DNA of 64,000 bases from Patescibacteria group bacterium (GCA_024654625.1 JANLHB010000016.1:64137-128136); one strand, 5' to 3'; numbered from the stretch's first letter, positions 30,025 to 40,218 are shown. Translations and numbers: made by a program. The notes: generated by a model from the sequence alone, not told the origin.

Positions 30025-31578
30025 ATGAATAAAAAAATAATATTTTCAATAATCGCTTTATTTATTTTATCGTTTGGTTTGCGGATAGCGCCAGTCTTGT
30101 ATAAAGGCTACGCGCCGACTGGCTTGCATGATAATTTAATTCTCTCTAGGAATTTGGCAAAAACAGGGGAGTATAAATTAGAAAATGAAAAGAATGTCAT
30201 CCTCGCTTCTTCTAAAGTAAAAGATGAAGGGGTTACTTCATCTTTTGGAAATAAATTAAGTATATTTTTAGAGGCAGAGATTTTTAAATTTTTTGATTTT
30301 AGTCCAAATCTCCCTTTTTATTCTTCTATTTTTCTTTTTGCTTTATCTACAGTTTTAATTTTTCTTTTAGTCTTTAGGATTTTTGGTAATCTTTACTTGG
30401 CATTTTCTGCGGCGCTTTTTGATACATTTATGCCGTTTGTCTGGAAGGGGGCGCTCTTTGCCGGTTCTTATGAATTTGCCAGTGTGTTTTTTCTTTTTGG
30501 TCTTCTGGTCTATTTTTGGAATGGCTTTAAAGAATTATCTTTTTCTTTTAATGATTATGGAGGTGGATTCACCAGAAAAATAACTTTATTTTTGCATAAT
30601 TATACGCAGTTGTTTATTACCGGTATTTTTCTTGGTTTGGCCATCGTTTCTCGCAACGCTTTTATCTTTTCTGTTGCGCCTGTCATTATTTATGAATTAT
30701 ATATAAGCCGTTCTTGGAGAAGGGTGATTATTTTTGCTTTGCCGGTAATTTTAATTTTCGGTTTTTTCGGAGTTTTTAATAATTCTTATATAACAGGTAC
30801 TGACGAATCATTTAGTCGTTTCGGCCACCTTTTCCCGGATCCATATACTTACCACTTTGAGAAAGACGCTTATATAGAAAGTATTGCCGGTTTAAGCGAC
30901 CCGGATCTCTTGGAATTTCAAATTAAATATGGATATGATGTTCCTATCTTAAATCAGGTTAAGGTGTATATTAATTCTGCCGTTTTTTATCCTAAGCAGG
31001 CTTTCTCTATTATAAATTTCGGCGGGCCGTTCTTTCTCTTTTTAATTTTCTTAGGCGGAGCGTATCTTTATAAAGAAAGAAAAGAGTTATTTAAATTTTT
31101 CTTAACCTGGGTATTTTTGTGGTATATTGGGTTGGTTGCCCTAAAGACAAATAATTGGGACCATTTCCTTGAAATACGTTTTGCTATAGTTTTGTTGATC
31201 TCTTTAGGTGTATTGGTATTGATCAAAATGTTTAGCCGGTCTATTGAAAGCAGGCGAAAATATATATTATTTGGAGTTAGTTTGGTGGTTCTTTTGTCTC
31301 TTCAGCTTTTTGTCTCAAACAAATGGATGTTCCACGAGTCCTATGAGACGAGCTTCTTACCGGAGGCGATACCTATTATAGAAGAATTAGCGAAAGAGGA
31401 TATTAGTGACAACGAAGTGATAGGGGTAAGTTTCAATCAAAACGCGCCTCTTCTTTTCAATTATTATCTTGATAAAAATTTTATCTATTTTGCTCCGGAG
31501 ACGATAGATAAATTAAGGGCGGAAGGTAGACTAGAAGAAGTTTTTAGTCAGTTTGGTGTTACAAGACTTATAGAATAA
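30025..31578 (+). CDS. Multi-TM putative GT-C glycosyltransferase
   Basis: Multi-TM; LRIAP, SRNLA.TG.Y, GLAIVSR motifs. Confidence 0.6.
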   Translation: MNKKIIFSIIALFILSFGLRIAPVLYKGYAPTGLHDNLILSRNLAKTGEYKLENEKNVILASSKVKDEGVTSSFGNKLSIFLEAEIFKFFDFSPNLPFYSSIFLFALSTVLIFLLVFRIFGNLYLAFSAALFDTFMPFVWKGALFAGSYEFASVFFLFGLLVYFWNGFKELSFSFNDYGGGFTRKITLFLHNYTQLFITGIFLGLAIVSRNAFIFSVAPVIIYELYISRSWRRVIIFALPVILIFGFFGVFNNSYITGTDESFSRFGHLFPDPYTYHFEKDAYIESIAGLSDPDLLEFQIKYGYDVPILNQVKVYINSAVFYPKQAFSIINFGGPFFLFLIFLGGAYLYKERKELFKFFLTWVFLWYIGLVALKTNNWDHFLEIRFAIVLLISLGVLVLIKMFSRSIESRRKYILFGVSLVVLLSLQLFVSNKWMFHESYETSFLPEAIPIIEELAKEDISDNEVIGVSFNQNAPLLFNYYLDKNFIYFAPETIDKLRAEGRLEEVFSQFGVTRLIE

Positions 31579-31611
31579 TTTTGCTGGTAAGTAATGTTTA
31601 AAATATAATTT

Positions 31612-32352
31612 ATGAATAAAGAAAAAGAAGTGAAAACTCAGGATTTTGTAGCAGACTTTTATGAAAAGGTTCGATATGAGAAAGAATATTCCAGAAAATA
31701 TCATAATTTTTGGTTTGGGAAGATGATGAAAATGGCTCCGCCGAGGGGCTTGGTGCTTGATGCCGGCTGTGGGACAGGAGAAATGATGGAATTCTTGAAA
31801 GAAAATAATTTTGATAATTTTATCGGCTATGACATCTCTTTCAATATGCTTGTTCATGCTAAAAATAGAGCCGAGAGGTTGGTTTGTGCTGATGCGGAGA
31901 ATCTTCCTTTTGCCGATGGCTCTTTTGACGTTATCTATGCTCGCGCGCTCCTGCACCACCTCTTTGATGTGTCAAAGGCCCTGTGTGAGATAAAGAGGGT
32001 TTTAAAGTCGGGTGGAGAAGTTGTGTTTGCTGATACTAATAAATCTTTTGTTAATGATTTGCCGAGGAAGATTATGAACAAGGGTGAGCATTTTGCCGAG
32101 AGCCATAAGAATTTTAAAAGTAGCGAGATAATAGAACTTATCAAAAAAGAATTCAACATCAAGGAGGTTTATTATTTTGGTTATATCGCTTATCCTCTGT
32201 TAGGTTTCCCTGATATGGTCAATATTTACAGATTCTTTCCGGGTAAATTCATCTTGACACCTACCCTCATATTTATTGATAAAATCATCAGTCAAATCCC
32301 GATTGTAAAAAAGCTCGCTTTCGGTATAATGATAAGTGCTAAGAAAAGATAA
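31612..32352 (+). CDS. Class I SAM-dependent methyltransferase (Methyltransf_11-like)
   Basis: VLDAGCGTG; ADAENLPFADGSFD; LHH; RVLKSGG. Confidence 0.92.
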   Translation: MNKEKEVKTQDFVADFYEKVRYEKEYSRKYHNFWFGKMMKMAPPRGLVLDAGCGTGEMMEFLKENNFDNFIGYDISFNMLVHAKNRAERLVCADAENLPFADGSFDVIYARALLHHLFDVSKALCEIKRVLKSGGEVVFADTNKSFVNDLPRKIMNKGEHFAESHKNFKSSEIIELIKKEFNIKEVYYFGYIAYPLLGFPDMVNIYRFFPGKFILTPTLIFIDKIISQIPIVKKLAFGIMISAKKR

Positions 32353-32354
32353 AT

Positions 32355-33080
32355 ATGCCTGAAAATTTTGAAAAGATACAAGAATCAAATGAAAACATAG
32401 AGAAAGAACCAAAACCTTTTTCTACTTTGGTGTTACTCGGAGGTCCGCTTAAGGAAAATGAAAAAAGAGGTTTTCAGTATGATCAAGAGGGCGGCCTGGA
32501 ATATGAGTATAAAGATGGAGGTTGGCAACTTGGAAGATGGGCGAAGATGAGAGCTATTGCCGCTTCGGATCTCATTGAAAGGGATTTGGTTGATAAGCTT
32601 ATCATTACAGGTGGCAAGAATTGGGGAGAAGAGAATCCTTCGGCAGCAGAGGTGATGGCCGAATTTATAAAAAGGAAGATTGAGAAAGACACTAAAGAAG
32701 AAGTAATTTTCCCTAATGATAAGATAATATTGGCAGATAAGTATCATGATACAGCAAGTAGTTTAAAACAAGTTTTGGATGATTTGCCCAAGGAAGATAT
32801 CGAGAAGATTACTTTTCTGACCAATGAGTTTCATTTAAAAAGGAGTAAGCAGTCTTTAGAAAACCTAGGATTTAAAGAAAAGGATATTGAGGGGATAGAT
32901 GCGGAAAAGATTTTAACTGAAAGATCAGATCATTATAAATCTTTTGTTAAGAAATTTAATAGAACACCTGATACTATTAAACAAGAAATTTTAGAAGTGA
33001 TCGGTCGTGGCATTATGTCCGTCCGTGGAGAGAAACTTATAAAAGCTTTGGCTGATTTAATAAGAAAAGATAAAAAATAA
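32355..33080 (+). CDS. YdcF/ElyC/DUF218 family protein
   Basis: VLLGG; R..AA; IITGG; S.AEVM; DT; LTNEFHLKR. Confidence 0.8.
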   Translation: MPENFEKIQESNENIEKEPKPFSTLVLLGGPLKENEKRGFQYDQEGGLEYEYKDGGWQLGRWAKMRAIAASDLIERDLVDKLIITGGKNWGEENPSAAEVMAEFIKRKIEKDTKEEVIFPNDKIILADKYHDTASSLKQVLDDLPKEDIEKITFLTNEFHLKRSKQSLENLGFKEKDIEGIDAEKILTERSDHYKSFVKKFNRTPDTIKQEILEVIGRGIMSVRGEKLIKALADLIRKDKK

Positions 33081-33084
33081 TAAT

Positions 33085-34548
33085 ATGAAAAAAATAATTT
33101 TTATAAACCCGCCCACGCCCGAACTTGGGGTAATGGTTATAAGAGATTTGGACCGCTCTGGCCGAAAGACGCGCGAGAAGACAATCTGGCCACAGACAAA
33201 CCTGGCTTATTTGGCAGCGGTTATGAAGGATAAAGGTTTCAGCGTAGACCTGATGGATTGTATTGCTGACGAGATTCATTGGAGTGAGCTAGGAGGGAAT
33301 TTTGAGGAAATTATAGATAAGAAAAAACCGGATTATATCCTTTTTAATGCTATAAGCTCCACTATCTCAAATGATATGAGAGTAGCGAGTATTGCTAAGA
33401 AGGTTGGCGCCAAGAGCATCGCTGTCGGTTCTCATGTCACTGCTTTGCCGAAAGAGAGTATAGAGAAATTCAAAGACCTTGATTTTGTAATTGAAGGCGA
33501 AGCTGAGGAGACTCTGTCAGAGCTTGTGGATGTTGTTGAGAAAGGAGGAGATTTATCTCTCGTGAAAGGTATTGCTTACAGAAAAGAAAGCGGGGAAGCT
33601 ATTGCTAATGAAAAGAGGCCTTTGATAAAAGATCTTGATTCTCTCCCTATCCCTCTTCATGAGCTTATGCCTATAGAGAAGTATAATCTTCCTTTTATCG
33701 GCTCTAAATTTACTTTCGTTACAGCTTCGAGGGGGTGCCCTTTCCGTTGTATGTTTTGCCGTTCGCCGATTGCTTGGAATAGAATTTTTAGGCAACGTTC
33801 AAATGACAGTATTCTTGCGGAGTTAAGATACCTAAAGAAGCTTGGCATTAAAAATATTTTATTTCACTCAGATACTTTTACTGTAAATAAGAAAGAGATT
33901 ATTGAGTTATGCAAAAGAATGGTTAATGAAAATTTAGGTATAAGATGGATGTGTAACTCCAGAGTAGATACTGTGGACTTTGAAACGCTTGAGTGGATGA
34001 AAAGAGCCGGATGCGAGATGGTAATGTTTGGCCTAGAGTCAGGTTCTCAGAAAGTTTTAGATAATGCCAGGAAAGATATTACCATAGAGAAGATACGAGA
34101 GAGTGTTAATAATGCCGCCCGTGCCGGTATCAAGGTGTGGGGTTACTTTATAATAGGTCTACCCGGAGAAAATAAGGGAACTGTAGATGAGACAATCAAG
34201 TTAGCTAAAGAATTACCCTTAACTCTGGCTAATTTTGCAGTTGCTTCTCCTTACCCTGGTACGGATTTCTTTAAGCTTGTCACTGAAGAAGGCTGGCTTA
34301 CAAGCAGTAACTGGGAAGATTTTGATCAGAATTATTCAGCTATCGTAGATTATCCTGATTTCTCAAGTGAAGAGATTGTAAATAGCATGAAAAGGGCTTA
34401 CAAAGAGTTTTATTTAAGACCAAAAGCTGTCTGGAATATGCTAAAAGGAATAAGAAGTTTCCACGATGTTAAGGTCTTAACTGACGTTGCTTGGACGCAC
34501 CTTAAGTGGATTCTTTTCTATAAAAAATCCGCAAAGCCAGCCAAATAA
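33085..34548 (+). CDS. Cobalamin-binding radical SAM protein (class B methyltransferase-like)
   Basis: B12-binding N-terminus (LAYLAA...GSHVT...GEAE); SRGCPFRCMFC; GLESGS; IGLPGE; PYPGT. Confidence 0.92.
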   Translation: MKKIIFINPPTPELGVMVIRDLDRSGRKTREKTIWPQTNLAYLAAVMKDKGFSVDLMDCIADEIHWSELGGNFEEIIDKKKPDYILFNAISSTISNDMRVASIAKKVGAKSIAVGSHVTALPKESIEKFKDLDFVIEGEAEETLSELVDVVEKGGDLSLVKGIAYRKESGEAIANEKRPLIKDLDSLPIPLHELMPIEKYNLPFIGSKFTFVTASRGCPFRCMFCRSPIAWNRIFRQRSNDSILAELRYLKKLGIKNILFHSDTFTVNKKEIIELCKRMVNENLGIRWMCNSRVDTVDFETLEWMKRAGCEMVMFGLESGSQKVLDNARKDITIEKIRESVNNAARAGIKVWGYFIIGLPGENKGTVDETIKLAKELPLTLANFAVASPYPGTDFFKLVTEEGWLTSSNWEDFDQNYSAIVDYPDFSSEEIVNSMKRAYKEFYLRPKAVWNMLKGIRSFHDVKVLTDVAWTHLKWILFYKKSAKPAK

Positions 34549-35457
34549 ACTATTTACAAAAAAAGTAAAAAGAATTAAGACGGAGAATGATATTGCCTCA
34601 GGGCTAGACAGTCCTATTTGAGAAAATAAAAATATCAATGATATGTCTCTTGTACCTATCCCCGATATGGAGATCGGTATTAAGTTAAGTGATGTAATTA
34701 TGGCAGCTATCAAGAAGGCGGTCAGTAAATCGATCTTTAGGTTGAGTGCTACGGTCAATAAATATAATTGGAAGAAATAAAAACCCCAAGCGACGAGAGT
34801 TATCAGTAAATTTTGGATGATGAGGATCGTCGGTTTTTTAAATGAAGCAAACAGATCGTCAATCTCTTTTTCAGCTATATCTTGGATTTTAGAATGAGTG
34901 ATACTCTCTTGGCGTTTAGCAAGCTTCTTTAGTATCTTGAATAAAACTTTCTTTAATATATTTTTATTTAGAACAAAGATCAAGATAATGATTATTATTA
35001 TTCCCAGCATCGCTGTCAGAACATAAGTGATCCCATTGATATCTTTGAAAAATAGCAGTACGCCTGTAATCCCGAGCAGTAGAATCGTCACCATATCAAA
35101 TAATCTGTCAAAGATGACGCTGGCCGCCGATTTGCCCCAGGAGATATGCTTCTTATTGAGAAAGAGTATTTTTACAAGTTCGCCTAGTTTGGCCGGTGTG
35201 ATTGCTCCCCAGAAGACTGCGTAGAAATATATAAAAAGAGACTCCATGAAAGGTATATTCACCCCTTCGTTTTTTAGTAATTTTTGCCATCTTATATTCC
35301 TCAAAATTATGGCTGGTATGCCCAAGAGTAGAGATAAGAAGATGATAAAGACATTGGCGCTTAGCGCTATCTCGAGACTCTTGTTTATATCTATTCTGTA
35401 TAAGACGATGGCGAAAATGACGAGGCCGATAAATTGAAAATAGTGCTTGAAGGTCAT
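34477..35457 (-). CDS. LPG_synthase_TM/UPF0104 flippase-like membrane protein
   Basis: RW..LL; TPAKLGELVK; DRLFD; PISISGIGTRD. Confidence 0.85.
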   Translation of the reverse strand: MTFKHYFQFIGLVIFAIVLYRIDINKSLEIALSANVFIIFLSLLLGIPAIILRNIRWQKLLKNEGVNIPFMESLFIYFYAVFWGAITPAKLGELVKILFLNKKHISWGKSAASVIFDRLFDMVTILLLGITGVLLFFKDINGITYVLTAMLGIIIIIILIFVLNKNILKKVLFKILKKLAKRQESITHSKIQDIAEKEIDDLFASFKKPTILIIQNLLITLVAWGFYFFQLYLLTVALNLKIDLLTAFLIAAIITSLNLIPISISGIGTRDISLIFLFSQIGLSSPEAISFSVLILFTFFVNSLFGWLCGFFIEKNPLKVRPSNVS

Positions 35458-36320
35458 TATTTTTCATTTCTCATTATTGTGGATGTCTGGTCGGCCAAGA
35501 GTCCGTTAAAGAAGATTAAGAAACTGGTCAGAAGGATGAGAAGTCCGGATATCGGGAATTTCCCAAAGGATACTATCCCATATAGAGAGAATGACACCCC
35601 CAGCAGAAATAGAACAAAACTGGCCGGTAAAAATATTTTGAGGGGATTGAAAAGCATTATCATCCTTAATATCAGGAGAATTGTTTGGAGTCCGTGTTTT
35701 GTCTTAACAGTACTCTTTGATTCTTCATTCCTTTTGTTTATGGTTATTGGAATATATTTTACATTCAGCCCTTCTCTGAAGAAAGCCAATGTTATGGTTG
35801 TTGTGAGGGAAAATGAGTTAGGAAAGAGATGCATGAATCTAAAGAAGCCGCTCTTTTTTACCAATCTAAAACCTGAGTTTAGGTCTGGTATTTCTGCGTT
35901 GACTAAATATTCGGCTAGCGCTTTTAAAAATCTTTTACCTGGCTGTCTAAAGGTAGGGCCTTTGTAAGCCGTTCTTTCTCCTACAATCATGTCGTAATTG
36001 TCAGTGTGCTCTAAAAGCTCAAGTATATAATCTGTTTTGTGCTGTCCGTCTGAGTCAAAAAACATCACCCAATCATAAGATGAATTTTTAACGCCGGTTT
36101 TTAGCGTCGCTCCGTATCCGCGGTTTTTGTCATGAGTTATGAGTTTGATACCTTCTATTTGTTTTAATACATTTTTAGTTTTTTGGTTTGACCCGTCATC
36201 AACTGCTATTATCTCATGCTCTCCTGTGTTTTTATTTAAAAAAGTTTTTAAGTCTTCAAGAGTGCGTCTTGCGCTTTCGCCCTCATTATAGACAGGTATT
36301 ATGATTGAAAATTTTACCAT
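35457..36320 (-). CDS. Glycosyltransferase family 2 (polyprenol-phosphate GT, ArnC/GtrB-like)
   Basis: IPVYNE; VDDGS; NRGYG; DSDGQH; PDLNSGFR; two C-terminal TM helices. Confidence 0.9.
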   Translation of the reverse strand: MVKFSIIIPVYNEGESARRTLEDLKTFLNKNTGEHEIIAVDDGSNQKTKNVLKQIEGIKLITHDKNRGYGATLKTGVKNSSYDWVMFFDSDGQHKTDYILELLEHTDNYDMIVGERTAYKGPTFRQPGKRFLKALAEYLVNAEIPDLNSGFRLVKKSGFFRFMHLFPNSFSLTTTITLAFFREGLNVKYIPITINKRNEESKSTVKTKHGLQTILLILRMIMLFNPLKIFLPASFVLFLLGVSFSLYGIVSFGKFPISGLLILLTSFLIFFNGLLADQTSTIMRNEK

Positions 36321-36340
36321 ATTAGTTATTTTTTATATTT

Positions 36341-36511
36341 TTAATTTAAAAGTATTGGGATTTCGTCCTTTATTTCATATTTTTTCCCGCATTTTAGACA
36401 GAGGAGACTATTCTCTTTATCGTTGTATTCCAGCTTTCCTTTATCTGTTGGACAGACTAATATTTGGAGGAGATTCGGATTAATTTCTTTTTTATTTTGA
36501 TTGTCTTTCAT
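36341..36511 (-). CDS. Trm112/UPF0434 (YcaR-like) small protein, 56 aa; absent from the ORF track
   Basis: Manual translation: MKDNQNKKEINPNLLQILVCPTDKGKLEYNDKENSLLCLKCGKKYEIKDEIPILLN. Confidence 0.85.
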   Translation of the reverse strand: MKDNQNKKEINPNLLQILVCPTDKGKLEYNDKENSLLCLKCGKKYEIKDEIPILLN

Positions 36512-36543
36512 AAACAATTAAATTCTATACTTATTTTGGCGTT

Positions 36544-36572
36544 TTGACAATTGGTTCTGATTGTTATATTTT
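36544..36572 (+). promoter_or_regulatory. Putative sigma70 promoter for the ferredoxin operon
   Basis: TTGACA-17-TATTTT in the divergent gap. Confidence 0.5.
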
Positions 36573-36582
36573 ATAGAGATAT

Positions 36583-36819
36583 ATGTCTAAAAAAAAGACA
36601 AAAATATATCAGGACCATGAGGGGTGCATAGGCTGTGGGAGCTGTGTGGCTGTTTGCCCTAAATTCTGGAAGATGGGCGATGACGATAAGGCGGAGATAA
36701 TAGGCGGAAAGAAGAATGAGAAAGGGGATTATGAGCTTGATATTGACGAAGTCGGTTGCAATAAAGACGCTGAAGAAGCTTGTCCGGTGCAAGTTATTAA
36801 AGTTATGGAAAATAAATGA
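36583..36819 (+). CDS. Single-cluster ferredoxin (3Fe-4S/4Fe-4S)
   Basis: CIGCGSCVAVCP...AEEACPVQVI. Confidence 0.9.
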   Translation: MSKKKTKIYQDHEGCIGCGSCVAVCPKFWKMGDDDKAEIIGGKKNEKGDYELDIDEVGCNKDAEEACPVQVIKVMENK

Positions 36820-39014
36820 AGCAAAAAGAATTAAAAATTTTATCTTATGTTGTTAGGGGCGGTATTTTCATCCTCCCCGTCATTTTCCTGATTGTTTCTA
36901 GTATGTTCTTTTTTCCTTTTATAACAGGGAAAAATTTTTTCTTTAGAACAGTTGTTGAAATTATATTTTTATTATGGGTTGTCTTGGCTGTATTTGATAA
37001 GAGTTATAGACCGAGAAAGACTCCCGTTCTTCTCGCTTTAGGAGCGACTCTTTTTGTATTATCTTTAGCAACTATTTTTGGGGAGAATCCTTATCGCAGT
37101 TTTTGGTCTAATTTTGAGAGAATGGAAGGGTTAGTGGGGCATATACATTTATTTTTGTATTTTATAATAGCAATAAGTTCGTTAAGACTGAAAGAAGATT
37201 GGCTATGGCTTTTTAGAAGTATTGTTGCCTTCGGCACATTAGCTATTCTTTATGCTTATTTTCAGCTTTTTGGAGCGTTTAAGATACATCAAGGTTCAAC
37301 TAGGCTTGATTCCACTTTTGGCAATGCTTCTTATTTGGCTATCTTTGTTATATTTCAGCTTTTTATACTAACTATTCTTTATCTTAGGTCTTCGGACACT
37401 AAGATAAAATATTTATATGCCGGTCTAGCGGTAATCAGTTTGCCGATACTTTATTATACTGCCACGAGAGGCGCTATTTTAGGATTCCTTGTCGGGCTTG
37501 TTACTTTTGGTATTGTTGCCGGTCTTTTGACTAAAAATAAAAATGTCCGCAGGTTCTCGCTAGGCGCAATTATCGTTGTGGTTCTGGCAACGGGTCTTTT
37601 TATAGCCGTTAAAGATTCTTCGTTTGTTGCCAAGAGTCCAGTTCTAAATAGACTTTCTTCCATATCTTTGACAGAGAAAACGGTTGAGTCCAGGTTCCTG
37701 ATATGGAACATGTCTATAAAAGGATTTAAAGAGCATCCGATCTTAGGTTGGGGTCCAGAGAATTATAATCTTTTGTTCAATAAATATTATGATCCGCGAC
37801 TTTGGGGGCAAGAGCAATGGTTTGACAGAGCGCATAATGTCTTCTTTGATTGGCTTACAACTGCCGGAATACTCGGGCTTCTAGCTTATCTTTCAATATT
37901 TGTCACTTCTCTATTTATGGCATGGAAGCTTTACAAGAAAGGAAGAATGAGTATTTTTGAAATCGCGGCGATTTTTGCCGTTTTTGCCGCTTATGGTTTT
38001 CATAATCTTTTCGTGTTTGATAATTTAATTTCATATTTTTTATTCTTCAGCATACTAGGATATATAAGTTATCAATATAGTGAAGAGGGCGCTATTTCTC
38101 AAAAAATTGATCTAAGTAAAAATGAACCTAGTCTTTTGGGATATTCTGTTGTCATTTTGGCTTTTATGTTTGTTTTGACTTCTCTTTATTTTGTAAATCT
38201 AAAGCCCGCGCTAGCTGCTAAAAATCTTATTGATACATTAAGATATTCCGGGACAGGTCAAAGTTCAAGTGTTGTGCTGGATAATTTTAAACGCGTGATT
38301 TCTTTGAATACTTTCGGTACTGCTGAGGCGGTGGATCAACTCTCTGATTATGCCAATAAAGCAAGATCTTCAGATAATTTCTCAGATGAAGAAAAAATAA
38401 AAATTCTTAATATGGCAACATCTGAAATTGACAAGCAGATAGAGAGGAGTCCTAAAGATTTAAGATATTATCTCTTTGCCGGATCGCTTTATAATAAGTC
38501 CGGTCAAGTTGAAAAATCGCTTGAAAGACTGACTAAGGCGCAAGCTCTTGCGCCGACAAAACAAGCTGTTTATTTTGCTTTGGCTGACACTTATGTAAAA
38601 GCCAATAAGCCGGAAGATGCGTTTGAGGCGGCAGAAATTGCCTATAACCTTGATAGGGACTATGGAGAGGCAGTAAAAAATTTTGCGATAATGGCTGCTA
38701 TTGCGAAAAAACAAGAATATGTCAATGAAATTATAGAGAAGTATTATTACGGTAAGGATATCCCAAGCACTAATCTTGCAACAGCTTATTTTATGGTGGG
38801 TAATTTTGAAAAAGTTAAAGATACTTGGATCGCGCTTGTAAATTCAGACCCTATGAATGCTCAATATCATGTAAGCTTAGCGGCCGCTTATTCAGAGCTT
38901 GGCATGAAGGGTGAGGCGATAAGGGAAATTGAAGAGGCAATCAAATTGATGCCTGAATTTAAAGCGCAAGGAGAGTATTATATAAATGAAATTAAAGCCG
39001 GGAGAAAACCTTAA
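36816..39014 (+). CDS. O-antigen ligase/O-oligosaccharyltransferase (Wzy_C) with C-terminal TPRs
   Basis: STFGNASYL; TATRGA; R..IW; PILGWGPENY; DRAHN; TPR-like tail. Confidence 0.88.
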   Translation: MKQKELKILSYVVRGGIFILPVIFLIVSSMFFFPFITGKNFFFRTVVEIIFLLWVVLAVFDKSYRPRKTPVLLALGATLFVLSLATIFGENPYRSFWSNFERMEGLVGHIHLFLYFIIAISSLRLKEDWLWLFRSIVAFGTLAILYAYFQLFGAFKIHQGSTRLDSTFGNASYLAIFVIFQLFILTILYLRSSDTKIKYLYAGLAVISLPILYYTATRGAILGFLVGLVTFGIVAGLLTKNKNVRRFSLGAIIVVVLATGLFIAVKDSSFVAKSPVLNRLSSISLTEKTVESRFLIWNMSIKGFKEHPILGWGPENYNLLFNKYYDPRLWGQEQWFDRAHNVFFDWLTTAGILGLLAYLSIFVTSLFMAWKLYKKGRMSIFEIAAIFAVFAAYGFHNLFVFDNLISYFLFFSILGYISYQYSEEGAISQKIDLSKNEPSLLGYSVVILAFMFVLTSLYFVNLKPALAAKNLIDTLRYSGTGQSSSVVLDNFKRVISLNTFGTAEAVDQLSDYANKARSSDNFSDEEKIKILNMATSEIDKQIERSPKDLRYYLFAGSLYNKSGQVEKSLERLTKAQALAPTKQAVYFALADTYVKANKPEDAFEAAEIAYNLDRDYGEAVKNFAIMAAIAKKQEYVNEIIEKYYYGKDIPSTNLATAYFMVGNFEKVKDTWIALVNSDPMNAQYHVSLAAAYSELGMKGEAIREIEEAIKLMPEFKAQGEYYINEIKAGRKP

Positions 39015-39031
39015 TCTGTAAAATATAAAAT

Positions 39032-39943
39032 ATGGAAAATAAAAAGATAAAAGTAGTGGTAACTGGAGGAGCCGGCTTTATAGGCTCTCATTTAGTAGAT
39101 GAACTTATCGAAAGGGAATTTGATGTTCACATAATAGATAATCTTTCAAACGGCAAGGTAGAGAATGTAAATCCTAAAGCGGTTTTGCATAAGGAGGATA
39201 TAAGAAACTTTGAAGCTGTTAAAAAAATTGTTGATGGAACTCGATACGTATTTCATTTGGCGGCGCTTCCTCGGGTGCAGTATTCAATAGAAAATCCGAT
39301 TGAGACACATGATGTTAATGTCAATGGAACATTAAATCTATTGGTTGCAGCAAAGGATGCTGGCGTGAAGAAGTTTATCTATTCTGCTTCAAGTTCTGCT
39401 TACGGAGATCAGAATATGATGCCTCTTCATGAAGAAATGCCTGCAAATCCAATTAGTCCTTATGGCCTGCAAAAGTATATAGGCGAATTAAAATGCCGGG
39501 TTTTCAGTAGGGTTTATGGTTTGCCGACAGTTTCTCTTCGTTATTTCAATGTCTACGGTCCTCGTTTTAACGCGGACGGCGCTTATGCTCTTGTGATAGG
39601 GAAATTCTTAAAGCAGAAAAAAGAAGGAAAGCCTATGACTGTTGTTCCGGATGGAGAGCAGACTAGAGACTTTACCAATGTTAGAGATGTTGTAATGGCT
39701 AATATTTTGGCTATGGAAAGTGACAAAGTTGGAAAAGGAGAGGTATTTAACATCGGTGCTGGCAGGAATTTTAGCGTCAATCAAGTCGCTTCTTTAATAG
39801 GCGGACCGACTGAATTTTGCGAGCCTCGGCTTGAGCCAAAGCATACACTTGCCGATAATTCTAAAGCAAAAAATATTCTAGGTTGGGAGCCGAAAGTCTC
39901 TTTAGAAGAGGGAATTGAAGAGTTAAAAAGATTATATCTTTAA
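39032..39943 (+). CDS. NAD-dependent nucleotide-sugar epimerase/dehydratase
   Basis: VTGGAGFIGSH; YGLQK; LRYFNVYGP; TRDF. Confidence 0.95.
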   Translation: MENKKIKVVVTGGAGFIGSHLVDELIEREFDVHIIDNLSNGKVENVNPKAVLHKEDIRNFEAVKKIVDGTRYVFHLAALPRVQYSIENPIETHDVNVNGTLNLLVAAKDAGVKKFIYSASSSAYGDQNMMPLHEEMPANPISPYGLQKYIGELKCRVFSRVYGLPTVSLRYFNVYGPRFNADGAYALVIGKFLKQKKEGKPMTVVPDGEQTRDFTNVRDVVMANILAMESDKVGKGEVFNIGAGRNFSVNQVASLIGGPTEFCEPRLEPKHTLADNSKAKNILGWEPKVSLEEGIEELKRLYL

Positions 39944-39984
39944 AATCGCTTGACTTATTTATTTATTTATGATACATATTAAAT

Positions 39985-40064
39985 ATATGAGTGTTCCTTT
40001 TTATCAATAATTAGGAATCCAAAAATGTTTGCACTTGGCCCGCCTCACGGCGGGCTTTGTGTTT
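39985..40064 (+). ncRNA. Candidate small RNA ending in an intrinsic terminator
   Basis: TTGACT at 39950 upstream; TTCCT/AGGAA hairpin; GCCCGCC-tcac-GGCGGGC followed by a T-rich tail; no sizeable ORF. Confidence 0.4.
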
Positions 40065-40130
40065 CTATATACATATTGTGTTTCAGACGTGTTTCTTGTA
40101 GTATTATAGCTAGGTAAGATAGATAAGATT

Positions 40131-40218
40131 TTCCAACCTGATAAAGGAGCGATGATAAGCGCTCATATAATTAAACATTTTTGGAGTTAGCCTCATCGCT
40201 CCTTTAGTGGGTTGGAAT
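40131..40218 (+). promoter_or_regulatory. Long stem-loop in the murB leader
   Basis: TTCCAACCT/GGGTTGGAA plus perfect 14-bp TAAAGGAGCGATGA/TCATCGCTCCTTTA. Confidence 0.65.

Noticed and set aside
35434-35967. 177-aa plus-strand ORF
   Set aside because: Antisense to a clear GT2 gene.
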